A stretch of 64,000 nucleotides of DNA from Schmidtea polychroa (Eukaryota), in contig CM097885.1 of NCBI GenBank assembly GCA_044892525.1, forward strand, positions 40,054,001-40,118,000. Reading direction: 5' to 3'. Below the pieces are notes generated by a model, which was given only the letters and a program-made list of their open reading frames with translations, did no database searches and had not been told where the DNA came from. A program made the translations under genes and the position numbers. Of the stretch, positions 13,842-26,702 are shown piece by piece; the first letter of the stretch is position 1, and each line of letters starts with the position of its first letter.

Positions 13842-14461
13842 GACTCTGAATTCCTGGTACACTCCTTTGCAATGTGGCAACACTTCTTTCCTTGTTTCTT
13901 GAAACAACGTTCTTCTAGATGGCCATTCTTTCCGCAATACGAGCATTTCTTTTTCTTGTCTTGTTTTCCAACGACAGCCGAACACAGTTCCATATTGTCA
14001 CAGTTTACTAAGACACGAGACTGTTTCAAGACCTCAACAAGAGACATCTGCTGAATATTGGCATTTGATCGTAACTGCTGTGATGACACTGCTGGCAAAC
14101 CCATTATGAATGCGCTTTTAATTATGATTTCGTTATCTATCTTGGCCAGAGATGCTAAGTTTTTGAGATCATTCAAATAGACATCTACTGGCTCATTGCA
14201 CCACCTTCGTTCACGGAATCGGTCATAAGCTTGGAACATATCGATCGAATAGACATCGATTAAGGCATGTTCGATCTTCAATGCGTTGCCTTTGTCTTCT
14301 GTGCTCAAATGCTGATACACTGCAAAAGCTGGTCCATCTAGATATAAAGGAATTATTGATTCCAACTCCACGATTCTTTGAATTTTTGCCACTAGCTTGA
14401 CTTTCTGAATCCACTGTTGAACGTCACCTTCTCCATTGAAAATAGGTATCATCTTGTCCAT
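13787..14461 (-). CDS. gag: Gag with CCHC zinc knuckle
   Basis: FNGEGDVQQW N-terminus; CSYCGKNGHLEERC knuckle; second knuckle degenerate. Confidence 0.9.
   Translation of the reverse strand: MDKMIPIFNGEGDVQQWIQKVKLVAKIQRIVELESIIPLYLDGPAFAVYQHLSTEDKGNALKIEHALIDVYSIDMFQAYDRFRERRWCNEPVDVYLNDLKNLASLAKIDNEIIIKSAFIMGLPAVSSQQLRSNANIQQMSLVEVLKQSRVLVNCDNMELCSAVVGKQDKKKKCSYCGKNGHLEERCFKKQGKKCCHIAKECTRNSESGNAKGVARAPASTLARI
13794..13841 (-). promoter_or_regulatory. Predicted -1 ribosomal frameshift signal (G GGA AAU plus pseudoknot)
   Basis: Slippery heptamer in the gag frame, 7-nt spacer, stem GAGTAGCGC/GCG(T)CTACTC, loop GTGC complementary to downstream GCAC; pol is in the -1 frame. Confidence 0.75.
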
Positions 14462-15004
14462 GATATAGCCGCGATAGCTTGAAGTTTTATTGACACAAGG
14501 AAATCACAACGTTTTTCTAAATTCAATTTTTATCACAAAATCTGCATATTAAAACAAATTTAATTATGCAATTACATGGTCATCAGTAATTTCTTAATAA
14601 ATTTATGAAAATACTTATATTCTGCACACATTTATAAGAGATACATTAAAACAACTCATTTATTAAACAAGAAAATAATTTAAAATCAATAATGGTAATT
14701 TTAAGGATTACCTTCGATAGATTTTATTGAATAATGGTTCATTAAAAAGGTATTGAAGAGCTCTACCCAATGGTTATATATTTGAAGATATAATGTTTGT
14801 ACACAATATAGTAAGTATTATTATTTTTATTATTATTTTTATTATTATTTTTATTAACAAACTACATTCTAATAAAATACTTTTACACATCAAATTATTA
14901 AAAAAAAAATCAAAGAAATAAAACCGATAATTATAAAACGAAAAAGAGACTTTACAATAATTTCTATTTTACAAAATTCAAACAAGTCCGATCACAGAAT
15001 TAAA

Positions 15005-17759
15005 TTAATCTTGTAGATGTTGATTGATGAGATCGGGATCTGCTCCTGATTGAATATCATTATCGTCATTATCAATGACATCAACCCCTAAATAATGACC
15101 ATATGCAAAACTAGAGTTTTTCTCTACCCAAGCTCTTTTATCATCATGATTAGTTAAAGCAATCTCTGAGTTTTTAAAGGTAAAAAGCTGATGATTTCGG
15201 GTTCCTATTCTAGTCTGAGGTACAGAAATAACTGTGTTGTTGTTGTAACAGTCTAAATAAGATTGATGTTTTATATCTGTACCTGGTAATTTTACACCCT
15301 TAGCTCTCATAGTAGATTTATTTCCTAAAAGACTGTAGCATTTTGGTCGCAAGAAAACCCACTCACTATATCCTACACCCTTACTCTCATCCTTAAACTT
15401 TCCTATAACTGAGTCGAGTCTCCTAGAATATAAAGGATGAGAGGGATCATAATTTGAGGTGTCTAACAAGTCATCCGAAATCATCGCTGGCAAAAGAACG
15501 TCAAGCTTTACATTTTTGACCTCTAAGAAGAAACTATCGGTATCACCCGCAACTATATTTATATCACAGTTAAACTGACTCCTATATTTTGCTAATTCTA
15601 TGTACTGTAATTGATACATCCTTAGTTTGGATAAATCCAACACTGATTGTCCGATGTAGCTGGGTCTATCCAAACATATAGACTCCTTATTGAGATGTAC
15701 ACCAAAAAGATCATCATCAATTTTGATGGTTTTTCTAAATGATGGTTTTGATGAATATGTAATTAATTTTTCCGCGGAATTACATAGTCGTAAATTTAAT
15801 CTCTTCTTAAGGTTTTCAACGGATTTACCGTACAAGCTATTATTATACAATTTGAATAAATCTCTGTACAGTTCACTGCTTGCTTCAGCTCTTAGCTGTG
15901 TATTTTTATTTATATAATTTTTAAAAATCGGTGCTTGCTTGAATTTTATAGCCCTATGGATGTGTACAACTTTGGCACCAAGAGACAAATAAAGCTTGAG
16001 AAGCCTCCAATGAAGAACATGGTTCTTCTTTGGCCAATGCATGAGCATCAACTTCTCAACTTTCGAACCAGGCGGGCACATTTTCTCAGGAGCAAGAGGA
16101 AAGTCATTTAAAAAATCATGACAAATTTCTGGAATATCTATATCCACTTCTATGGTTTAACCATAGGGAAGGATTTCAATGTCAGCATTCATGCACTCAA
16201 GCAATACATCATTCAATCCATCATACACCCAAGTGAAATCAGCAAAAGGAAGATTTTGGCTAAAAGCCCAACCATACAGATTATTTATATCAATATATAA
16301 TAATTCTGTATTATCAGAAGCAGCAACGTAATGTTTGTTAACAAATGTTAACCCACCACGTATTCCTCCTTCGTAAAAATTGAACATTTCCATGTCCTGT
16401 AAAAGTTCTATAGGCTCAGTTAATGTCATAAGCGCTGAGGCCCATGACATACCCGGAATACCATAAAAGTTTAGAGGTTCTAGACCATTGTATGCAATGG
16501 CCTTGGCACGGAATTGTTGGAAATAGTCCGCAAGGAGGAATACATCCAATTTTTGATAAGTTAACATTAGTCAGCCAATTTAGTACAACGTTGTTGAGTC
16601 CAAATAAGTTGAGCCTTAGCATACTCATCTTCAGTAACACCAGACCAAATAGGAGGCAATTCATAAGTGGTTTCAAGTACATCCAAATCAGTCGCATAAT
16701 CATAAGGAAATATGGCTTTAGCATCTATTATTAGCCTATCAAAAACCGACGAAGTCAAAGGAAGATCAGTTAGAGTTTTTACAGCCTTAGCCAAAGAACA
16801 ATTAACAAATTGTATGCTGTCGATAAAACGAACAGCTAATTTTTTAATGTGAACAATCATCGAGATAAATTTCTCTGTGCTTGTGGGTATTATTTCCAAA
16901 TTCCAAGAAGGAAAGCCATTGAGACCATATTTTAAAATATGGTGTAAGTCGTAGCCTCGTAAATTATGAAATACAATCGGCAGCTGTTTATAAATTCTGC
17001 GAGCCATATTACATTTCCTACAGGCTGCACCGAGATAATTACCAGTAAAATGGTCATGATCTCGAACAGCAAGGGATAAAACCTTCTTGCAAAGATAGCA
17101 GTTCCTACAAGATTTGAATTGTCGTTCCTCAGCAAAAGTCATAGGTCCTAACCGTTTTTTCCCTTCAAGCTCATAATAAGGTAGGACAATTGTGACAGCA
17201 ATTTGCTCTACTTTTTTAAGAAATTGAGGTATACAATCAAGACCATAAAACTCGTAATACGATTTTCTATTGTTAAGATTATTTATTAATAAAAGATCTG
17301 CTGAAATAGGTAAATGTATTTGATGATGTTTAACATCTTTAGGTAAAACCGATTCAAAATCGGCATAAATAACAAAGGGTGGGGTGATTCTCTTTGAATG
17401 ATTTTGAAACTCTAAATATTTATTTTCGGGTAAAGTGTAAAGGGTTGTACCCGTTTGATTTTTACTGCATAGGGCCACATGTTTAGTGAAAGCATTGTCC
17501 ATTCGAAAACCGTTAAGACAATGTGGGCACCATTTGCATCTTATTTGAATACTACAGTCATTATTACGATGGCAGTTCATTAAACGTGTAATGTTGGTCA
17601 CTGCGTTGTAATGATAATTATCCTTATTTTCCAAGAGTAATAAATAAATTGGAGTACCGCCAGTAACCGTTGATCTGTGAATTATACTTAAGTGGGGGTG
17701 TTTAAAAACATAGTCATTAGGAACCTGATCATCATCAACTATCACAGTAGGGGTATAAG
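15005..17759 (-). pseudogene. 5'-truncated inverted copy of pPolB with an extra nonsense codon
   Basis: Matches the right-arm pPolB from YTPTVIVDD onward; shares the TAATG break at 16565-16569; private TAT>TAA at ~16157-16159. Confidence 0.9.
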
Positions 17760-17827
17760 TAGGGGTATTGTCGATATTTGTAAACAAATTATTTACATGT
17801 GATGAGTTTAATTGGTAAATATTATTG

Positions 17828-18543
<716 letters not shown>

Positions 18544-18762
18544 AAATGCCCCACATAAATATCAATAAATACATGATAATAATATTGAATAAAAACATTG
18601 CAATAACTCTTCAATAAAATTACATTATGAATACACTTTTTATGATTAATATTTTTCAATAATTTATAAATATATTTGATATATATTTATAATTTATCAG
18701 GTCGATTATACCCACGATACTGTGTATCGTCAATCGGTCATAGTTTGATATGCCACAAAAAT

Positions 18763-21700
18763 ATGAAGAAATATTATCGCCAAACTTTTAATGGCATCAA
18801 CTTTTTTATTTGCCCCATATGCAAAACTTCCCAGAGTGTAAGGTATAAGGAATTTTATAGTCAACATTCTCAGCACTTAAATTCTTTCAAAACAAATAAA
18901 AAAGAACTGTTTAAAATAATAAATAAGAATAACATTGAAATTGTAAATATTTTAAATAATAACACAAAAAAGAAATCTAATAAAAGACCTGCTGAACATA
19001 GGGTGTCTAAAATTAAAAATAAAATTATAAAAACTGAAGTCATTGAGATCAGTGACGACGAAATTATTAAAAATGAAGTCATTCTACTCAGTGATGACGA
19101 ATGTAATAATATTATATATACTATAAATCATGATATTATAAATGATAATATTAATACAATAAATACTATAAATGAAAATATAAATAATGATAATACTATA
19201 AATACTATAAATCAAATAGGTGGATCATCTTTAGCGATTGAGCAGATAATAGAATCAAATTTAAATGGCGCCATTCGAACTATTCGATTTGATATTGCCG
19301 ATTCACAATTAATTAAAATTATAATAACGGATAGGATCACTGAAAAGTTAACATCTGAAATAAATAACATGGGTAGCGTCAAAATTCAATTCGCTATTCT
19401 TATAAGATTTGAAAAAGATGGGGAAATCCGTGACAACTACTTTTCAAATAAAGCCGAGATCTTTTCGGATAACTTTTTAATTGAGGGGGTTAATAAGTTA
19501 AACGAAAAAATTGAAAAGTTTACCTATTTAGGTAGTGGCTGGAGAGTAATTAATATCTTAGAGATTGATTTCATTCTGAGTAAATTTGCTCCTATTTGTC
19601 GCCTATCTGGTCATAGTTACATTCGTACACCTGCAGATTTGAAATCTAAAGGAGCAATTATAAATGTTAAAAATAAGGATCATAAGTGTTTTCTTTATAG
19701 TATTCTCGCGCTCTTGAAAAAAGATGAAATAGGTAGCCACCCTGAAAGAGTTTCAAAATATGAAAATCTTTTAAATATTCTTAATTACAATGAAGTCACG
19801 GATTGCCCAATGAAATTGTGTAATATACCTAAATTCGAAAAGAAAAATTTAGACTTAAATCTCGCCATAAATGTTCTGGCTTATACCCCTACTGTGATAG
19901 TTGATGATGATCAGGTTCCTAATGACTATGTTTTTAAACACCCCCACTTAAGTATAATTCACAGATCAACGGTTACTGGCGGTACTCCAATTTATTTATT
20001 ACTCTTGGAAAATAAGGATAATTATCATTACAACGCAGTGACCAACATTACACGTTTAATGAACTGCCATCGTAATAATGACTGTAGTATTCAAATAAGA
20101 TGCAAATGGTGCCCACATTGTCTTAACGGTTTTCGAATGGACAATGCTTTCACTAAACATGTGGCCCTATGCAGTAAAAATCAAACGGGTACAACCCTTT
20201 ACACTTTACCCGAAAATAAATATTTAGAGTTTCAAAATCATTCAAAGAGAATCACCCCACCCTTTGTTATTTATGCCGATTTTGAATCGGTTTTACCTAA
20301 AGATGTTAAACATCATCAAATACATTTACCTATTTCAGCAGATCTTTTATTAATAAATAATCTTAACAATAGAAAATCGTATTACGAGTTTTATGGTCTT
20401 GATTGTATACCTCAATTTCTTAAAAAAGTAGAGCAAATTGCTGTCACAATTGTCCTACCTTATTATGAGCTTGAAGGGAAAAAACGGTTAGGACCTATGA
20501 CTTTTGCTGAGGAACGACAATTCAAATCTTGTAGGAACTGCTATCTTTGCAAGAAGGTTTTATCCCTTGCTGTTCGAGATCATGACCATTTTACTGGTAA
20601 TTATCTCGGTGCAGCCTGTAGGAAATGTAATATGGCTCGCAGAATTTATAAACAGCTGCCGATTGTATTTCATAATTTACGAGGCTACGACTTACACCAT
20701 ATTTTAAAATATGGTCTCAATGGCTTTCCTTCTTGGAATTTGGAAATAATACCCACAAGCACAGAGAAATTTATCTCGATGATTGTTCACATTAAAAAAT
20801 TAGCTGTTCGTTTTATCGACAGCATACAATTTGTTAATTGTTCTTTGGCTAAGGCTGTAAAAACTCTAACTGATCTTCCTTTGACTTCGTCGGTTTTTGA
20901 TAGGCTAATAATAGATGCTAAAGCCATATTTCCTTATGATTATGCGACTGATTTGGATGTACTTGAAACCACTTATGAATTGCCTCCTATTTGGTCTGAT
21001 GTTACTGAAGATGAGTATGCTAAGGCTCAACTTATTTGGACTCAACAACGTTGTACTAAATTGGCTGACTAATGTTAACTTATCAAAAATTGGATGTATT
21101 CCTCCTTGCGGACTATTTCCAACAATTCCGTGCCAAGGCCATTGCATACAATGGTCTAGAACCTCTAAACTTTTATGGTATTCCGGGTATGTCATGGGCC
21201 TCAGCGCTTATGACATTAACTGAGCCTATAGAACTTTTACAGGACATGGAAATGTTCAATTTTTACGAAGGAGGAATACGTGGTGGGTTAACATTTGTTA
21301 ACAAACATTACGTTGCTGCTTCTGATAATACAGAATTATTATATATTGATATAAATAATCTGTATGGTTGGGCTCTTAGCCAAAATCTTCCTTTTGCTGA
21401 TTTCACTTGGGTGTATGATGGATTGAATGATGTATTGCTTGAGTGCATGAATGCTGACATTGAAATCCTTCCTTATGGTTATACCATAGAAGTGGATATA
21501 GATATTCCAGAAATTTTTCATGATTTTTTAAATGACTTTCCTCTTGCTCCTGAGAAAATGTGCCCGCCTGGTTCGAAAGTTGAGAAGTTGATGCTCACGC
21601 ATTGGCCAAAGAAGAACCATGTTCTTCATTGGAGGCTTCTCAAGCTTTATTTGTCTCTTGGTGCCAAAGTTGTACACATCCATAGGGCTATAAAATTCAA

Positions 21701-22634
21701 GCAAGCACCGATTTTTAAAAATTATATAAATAAAAATACACAGCTAAGAGCTGAAGCAAGCAGTGAACTGTACAGAGATTTATTCAAATTGTATAATAAT
21801 AGCTTGTACGGTAAATCCGTTGAAAACCTTAAGAAGAGATTAAATTTACGACTATGTAATTCCGCGGAAAAATTAATTACATATTCATCAAAACCATCAT
21901 TTAGAAAAACCATCAAAATTGATGATGATCTTTTTGGTGTACATCTCAATAAGGAGTCTATATGTTTGGATAGACCCAGCTACATCGGACAATCAGTGCT
22001 GGATTTATCCAAACTAAGGATGTATCAATTACAGTACATAGAATTAGCAAAATATAGGAGTCAGTTTAACTGTGATATAAATATAGTTGCGGGTGATACC
22101 GATAGTTTCTTCTTAGAGGTCAAAAATGTAAAGCTTGACGTTCTTTTGCCAGCGATGATTTCGGATGACTTGTTAGACACCTCAAATTATGATCCCTCTC
22201 ATCCTTTATATTCTAGGAGACTCGACTCAGTTATAGGAAAGTTTAAGGATGAGAGTAAGGGTGTAGGATATAGTGAGTGGGTTTTCTTGCGACCAAAGTG
22301 CTACAGTCTTTTAGGAAATAAATCTACTATGAGAGCTAAGGGTGTAAAATTACCAGGTACAGATATAAAACATCAATCTTATTTAGACTGTTACAACAAC
22401 AACACAGTTATTTCTGTACCTCAGACTAGAATAGGAACCCGAAATCATCAGCTTTTTACCTTTAAAAACTCAGAGATTGCTTTAACTAATCATGATGATA
22501 AAAGAGCTTGGGTAGAGAAAAACTCTAGTTTTGCATATGGTCATTATTTAGGGGTTGATGTCATTGATAATGACGATAATGATATTCAATCAGGAGCAGA
22601 TCCCGATCTCATCAATCAACATCTACAAGATTAA
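18763..22634 (+). pseudogene. Protein-primed family B DNA polymerase of Polinton type, split by a TAATG stop/start overlap at 21070-21074
   Basis: Terminal-protein-like GSGW; OTU-like protease DHKCF...HY; ExoI YADFES; His-Me/EndoVII finger CYLC..RDHDH..GAACRKCN; ExoII FHNLRGYD; ExoIII YQKLD; pol motifs DINNLYG, KLYNNSLYGK, GDTDS, RPKCY. First in-frame ATG at 18763. Confidence 0.9.
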
Positions 22635-23179
22635 TTTAATTCTGTGATCGGACTTGTTTGAATTTTGTAAAATAGAAATTATTGTAAAGTCTCTTTTTTG
22701 TTTTATAATTATCGGTTTTATTTCTTTGATTTTTTTTTAATAATTTGATGTGTAAAAGTATTTTATTAGAATGTAGTTTGTTAATAAAAATAATAATAAA
22801 AATAATAATAAAAATAATAATACTTACTATATTGTGTACAAACATTATATCTTCAAATATATAACCATTGGATAGAGCTCTTCAATACCTTTTTAATGAA
22901 CCATTATTCAATAAAATCTATCGAAGGTAATCCTTAAAATTACCATTATTGATTTTAAATTATTTTCTTGTTTAATAAATGAGTTGTTTTAATGTATCTC
23001 TTATAAATGTGTGCAGAATATAAGTATTTTCATAAATTTATTAAGAAATTACTGATGACCACGAGATCATTCAAGTTTTTAAACTGCACCGTTGAAGATT
23101 TTATGAACAATTATGTGAGAGCACTGAAAAGGAAACCATAAAAATTTTAGAAATTTTCAAACATTCCTCCATTGGATAT

Positions 23180-23563
23180 TTGATTGATTTATTTAATTAC
23201 AATAAATGCATTTTGAAGTTATCGATTTATTTGATGCATTTAGACAAAGCAATAGTAGATAATGATTCATTGAATGAATGCTTTTGGAATTGTATGGATT
23301 TAAGGCTGGAACCAGGATATAGTAGTGGACTGATTTATGAATGGATATCGAAATCCGAATTGATTGAAAATAAGCTAAGGAAAAAACTCAATGATGGTAG
23401 GAAAATGTATTTAACTTGTTACATTTGTAAAGAAAATCAAGTATCGGTTTTGTTTTTACCTTGCGGACATGTAATTGTATGTTCTAAATGCCATGATTCA
23501 AATATTCGCAAATGTAAAGCATGTTCAATGTATATTAATGAGTATCATACTATATACATTTAA
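23180..23563 (+). CDS. C-terminal C3HC4 RING protein, right-arm copy
   Basis: Same RING motif as 10387-10770 (one V/I difference); start uncertain, in-frame stop ~90 nt upstream. Confidence 0.7.
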   Translation: MIDLFNYNKCILKLSIYLMHLDKAIVDNDSLNECFWNCMDLRLEPGYSSGLIYEWISKSELIENKLRKKLNDGRKMYLTCYICKENQVSVLFLPCGHVIVCSKCHDSNIRKCKACSMYINEYHTIYI

Positions 23564-23801
23564 TAAACATTTATTTCTTTACCTTTGTTATTAATACTTT
23601 GAATATTGTAAATAATAAAACTATGTATCAAATAATAATATTCAAAATAAACCAAATTTACAAACTACCGCCCAGCCCCTTCGGGGCGGGCGGCGGTTGT
23701 GTATGTCGATGATTTTAATTTTTAATTAATGCATTTGTTTGATTTCAGAATTCGATTTGTGTGACTAACCTTGTTTAATTTGAGTTGATGTATTCGAAGG
23801 G

Positions 23802-23913
23802 AAAAAAATTTGACCTTGACCTTAAAAAAAATTTTTTTTGACCTTGACCTTAAAATTTGACCGTGGCCTTTGGGGGGGTAGGGGGTGTCCTGGAGGTGAC
23901 ACATCCTACTACT
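23802..23913 (-). repeat. Right terminal inverted repeat of the Polinton-like element
   Basis: Ends ...CACATCCTACTACT and is followed by the TSD ATAGAC. Confidence 0.9.
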
Positions 23914-25333
23914 ATAGACACCTTCATTTTGTTGAGAACATGTAAAAATAAAGAATAAGTAAATGAAAGCAAGAATAGAAAATTACTTAGAGTTGGATTT
24001 GATTACAGGGCATCACTTAACGGACGCAGAATAGTGATGGCTTGTTATGGGAAAAACATGGCTTTATCAAAAATTTAAAAGCTAATGTTATCTACATTTT
24101 CTTGTACGTGTTTTCTTGAAATATTTGCAATTTGACAACTTAATTCTGTTTATATATGGTTACACTGAAATTGAGACCAGCCTATCGGGGCGTAAAACGC
24201 ATTTAAATTTAAAGTGCATAGATGTTTGGACTTCAGCTCAGCGAATTTTCGCAACTATGAAAAAGAATTTTTTTTAAACTTTGCTTATGACAAAGTTTTT
24301 GTTTTAACAAACACATGGGAGTTCAATCTTGATTTGACTGCGATTATGTAATTATGTAAGAGCTGGAAAATCCTGTTGCGCTGTTACACAAATTATTGTA
24401 AACAGAAATTGAAAATGTAGTTTTATTTACGATATATACATGTTTTGCTGTAAATTTTTCATTTTTCATCTAGTTAACCTTTTAGATGCGAGATGCGGAT
24501 AAATCCGAATACTATTGAATATACTTTTGTTTCTACTTTTAACAACAATTCGGGGATATAATTTTTTTAAATATATACTGAATGTATTATGTTCATTTGG
24601 TCGTGTTTCAAATTTTCAAATCACAATTATACTACAATTAATACTTTTTTTGACGGATAATTGACACATTTCCTGACTATGAAATTTAACTCTGCACTTA
24701 AAGGGTTAAAAATAGTTTTATCGAGTCCTCACTGTAACAGTGTAAAGACAAAATTTTATTTTATACAATATACATAAGAGAAATATTTAAGATTTATATT
24801 TTGTGCATTATATAGTCGATTTATTCCTTGAAATATTTTATAATTTCGATGAAATTGCAATGCACTGCAGTAACTTAATGCTTTATTCAGAGACGGTTGT
24901 AACGGTGTTGGGGCCACTGGCGGTAAAAAAAATTGCGAATCTACCTTATAAATTATATTGATAAATAAAAATATCCTTGATTAATTTTTATCATGTATTT
25001 TAGAAAACAATTTTAACCCTTTCCTGGCTAATGATGCCATATTTCATACAGGTATAGACATCTATGGACTGGTAGGTATAATATTTTTATTTATGATCGA
25101 TAAGGAAGATCTATACTTTTAATGCAAAATCATTTAATACAGCCTTTTACCAAATATTTTATTGTTTTTGTCATTTGAAAGAAGCAGCAAGTGATTTCAG
25201 ACGCTCTCAAACTTCCTTTCAGAGAAGCATTGGAAATTGGCATAGTCAAAGAAATTCTAAGGATATTTCCTATCTTATGAAATGTCAATTTTAATTGTAC
25301 AGCAATTTTATACAACATAGTGGTGCATATTTT

Positions 25334-26018
25334 CATGGGCGTCCACAGGAATTTTTCCAGGGGGGCCAAAATATTTTTTTACCAAGTAGACAAGGGGGGG
25401 GGGGAAGAGAGTTAAAAAAATGCACGTGTATAATAAATATTTGGGGCATTATACAAAATAGGACTTTTTTTTCGTGTATTTACAAACTAGAACAACTTTT
25501 TTTTTATTTACCCACCTTAATTTACTTTGAAAATTCCATGCTTTTTTGATATTTGTATTGAAAATCCTAGGACCAAGGAGATCCCCTCACTATAGTCAGA
25601 GAAATCCTGGGTGTTTTTTTCTATAGCCCATTTATTTGTATTGAAAAAAATATGAGTAGCCCACTGCAACAATTACGTGATCAAAAAGGCAAAAAATGAG
25701 TTGCAACAATTTTTTTTCTAGGGGGTCGTAATTGTTGCAGAGGGCTACCTATTTACATAATTAGCAAATAAATTTTAAATAATTTTGAAAATAAAAAAAA
25801 TAATGTAACTTACTTGAATAAAACCAGAACGTCAGTTAACATTGAAAGATTTTATAGAAATAAGATGATTTGAAATCATTGATTTCCAGATATAATTAAT
25901 AACATTAAAAAAACCGGAAGACTCTTTAAAGTAAATTTTTTATTAATTTTTTTTTGTCTTGAGTTTTTTCAACATTGCTTGAGCCCCCCCCCCCCTTCCT
26001 CCCTTACGGACGCCCATG
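25334..26018. mobile_element. Non-autonomous hAT (MITE-like)
   Basis: TIR CATGGGCGTCC / GGACGCCCATG; 8-bp TSD CATATTTT / GATATTTT (7/8). Contains a small inner inverted repeat at 25656-25748. Confidence 0.85.
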
Positions 26019-26702
26019 GATATTTTGTCATTATCAGAATGATTTTGTCAATGAGATATAAAAACTATAGTACAATATACAATATCATTTGTATACATAT
26101 CAATTAAATTTGCAATGTAATTGTTTTTTTAAATCTCAATTTAGGTCTCGTTCAAAAAATATAGTGAAATTTTGTTATAAATCTTTGTAAATTTGGATTC
26201 TTCTTGAAATCTATAATAATAATATACCATTGTGACATGTTGAGTGTGTCCAGTACCCTTGCAACCAATACCCATAGGGGGTTAAAATACCTTGTCGGAT
26301 AAACTCTTTTTTTCAAATATAATTTAATTAATATATATTTGCCCCCTCCCCAATTTTTTACTATTACCATAAAATTTTCCCTTGGTAAAAATGAGACATC
26401 TCTTTGATTATTGTTTTCGGAAAAAAATACTTTTCTTTTTCTTGCACGACTCGGTGCATTAAAACCTGCATTGCTATAATTAAGTTTGGCTTCCTCTTCA
26501 ACTTGATGAAATTGGTCGCGATATTCACTAATAAAGTCTTGGAGAGATTTCATCAAACGAGTCCCATTTGATAAATTATTTTTCATTGATAGAAGAGATT
26601 TGCTTGTTGCATTTGATCTTTGTAAAATGAAGTTCCAAAGAACTGTCATTAACGCAGTTTCGCATTGTTTGAATTTTTGGCATTGTAACTAGCTTCTACA
26701 AT

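Larger units (their letters stand above)
10894..14576 (-). mobile_element. Compact Gypsy-type LTR retrotransposon (3683 bp)
   Basis: 97-bp LTRs TG...CA at 10894-10990 and 14480-14576 (1 mismatch); 5-bp TSD TGGTC; the empty site is visible in the right arm near 23057; gag-pol order PR-RT-RH-IN. Confidence 0.96.
10158..17759 (-). repeat. Inverted duplicate of 19880-23792 (~3.9 kb), interrupted by an LTR retrotransposon
   Basis: Near-identical ORFs on opposite strands; roughly a dozen substitutions counted by eye. Confidence 0.95.

Noticed and set aside
16567..17787. Independent 406-aa gene starting at 17787
   Set aside because: The start is a TTG in unrelated flank fused to the truncated pPolB copy at the breakpoint
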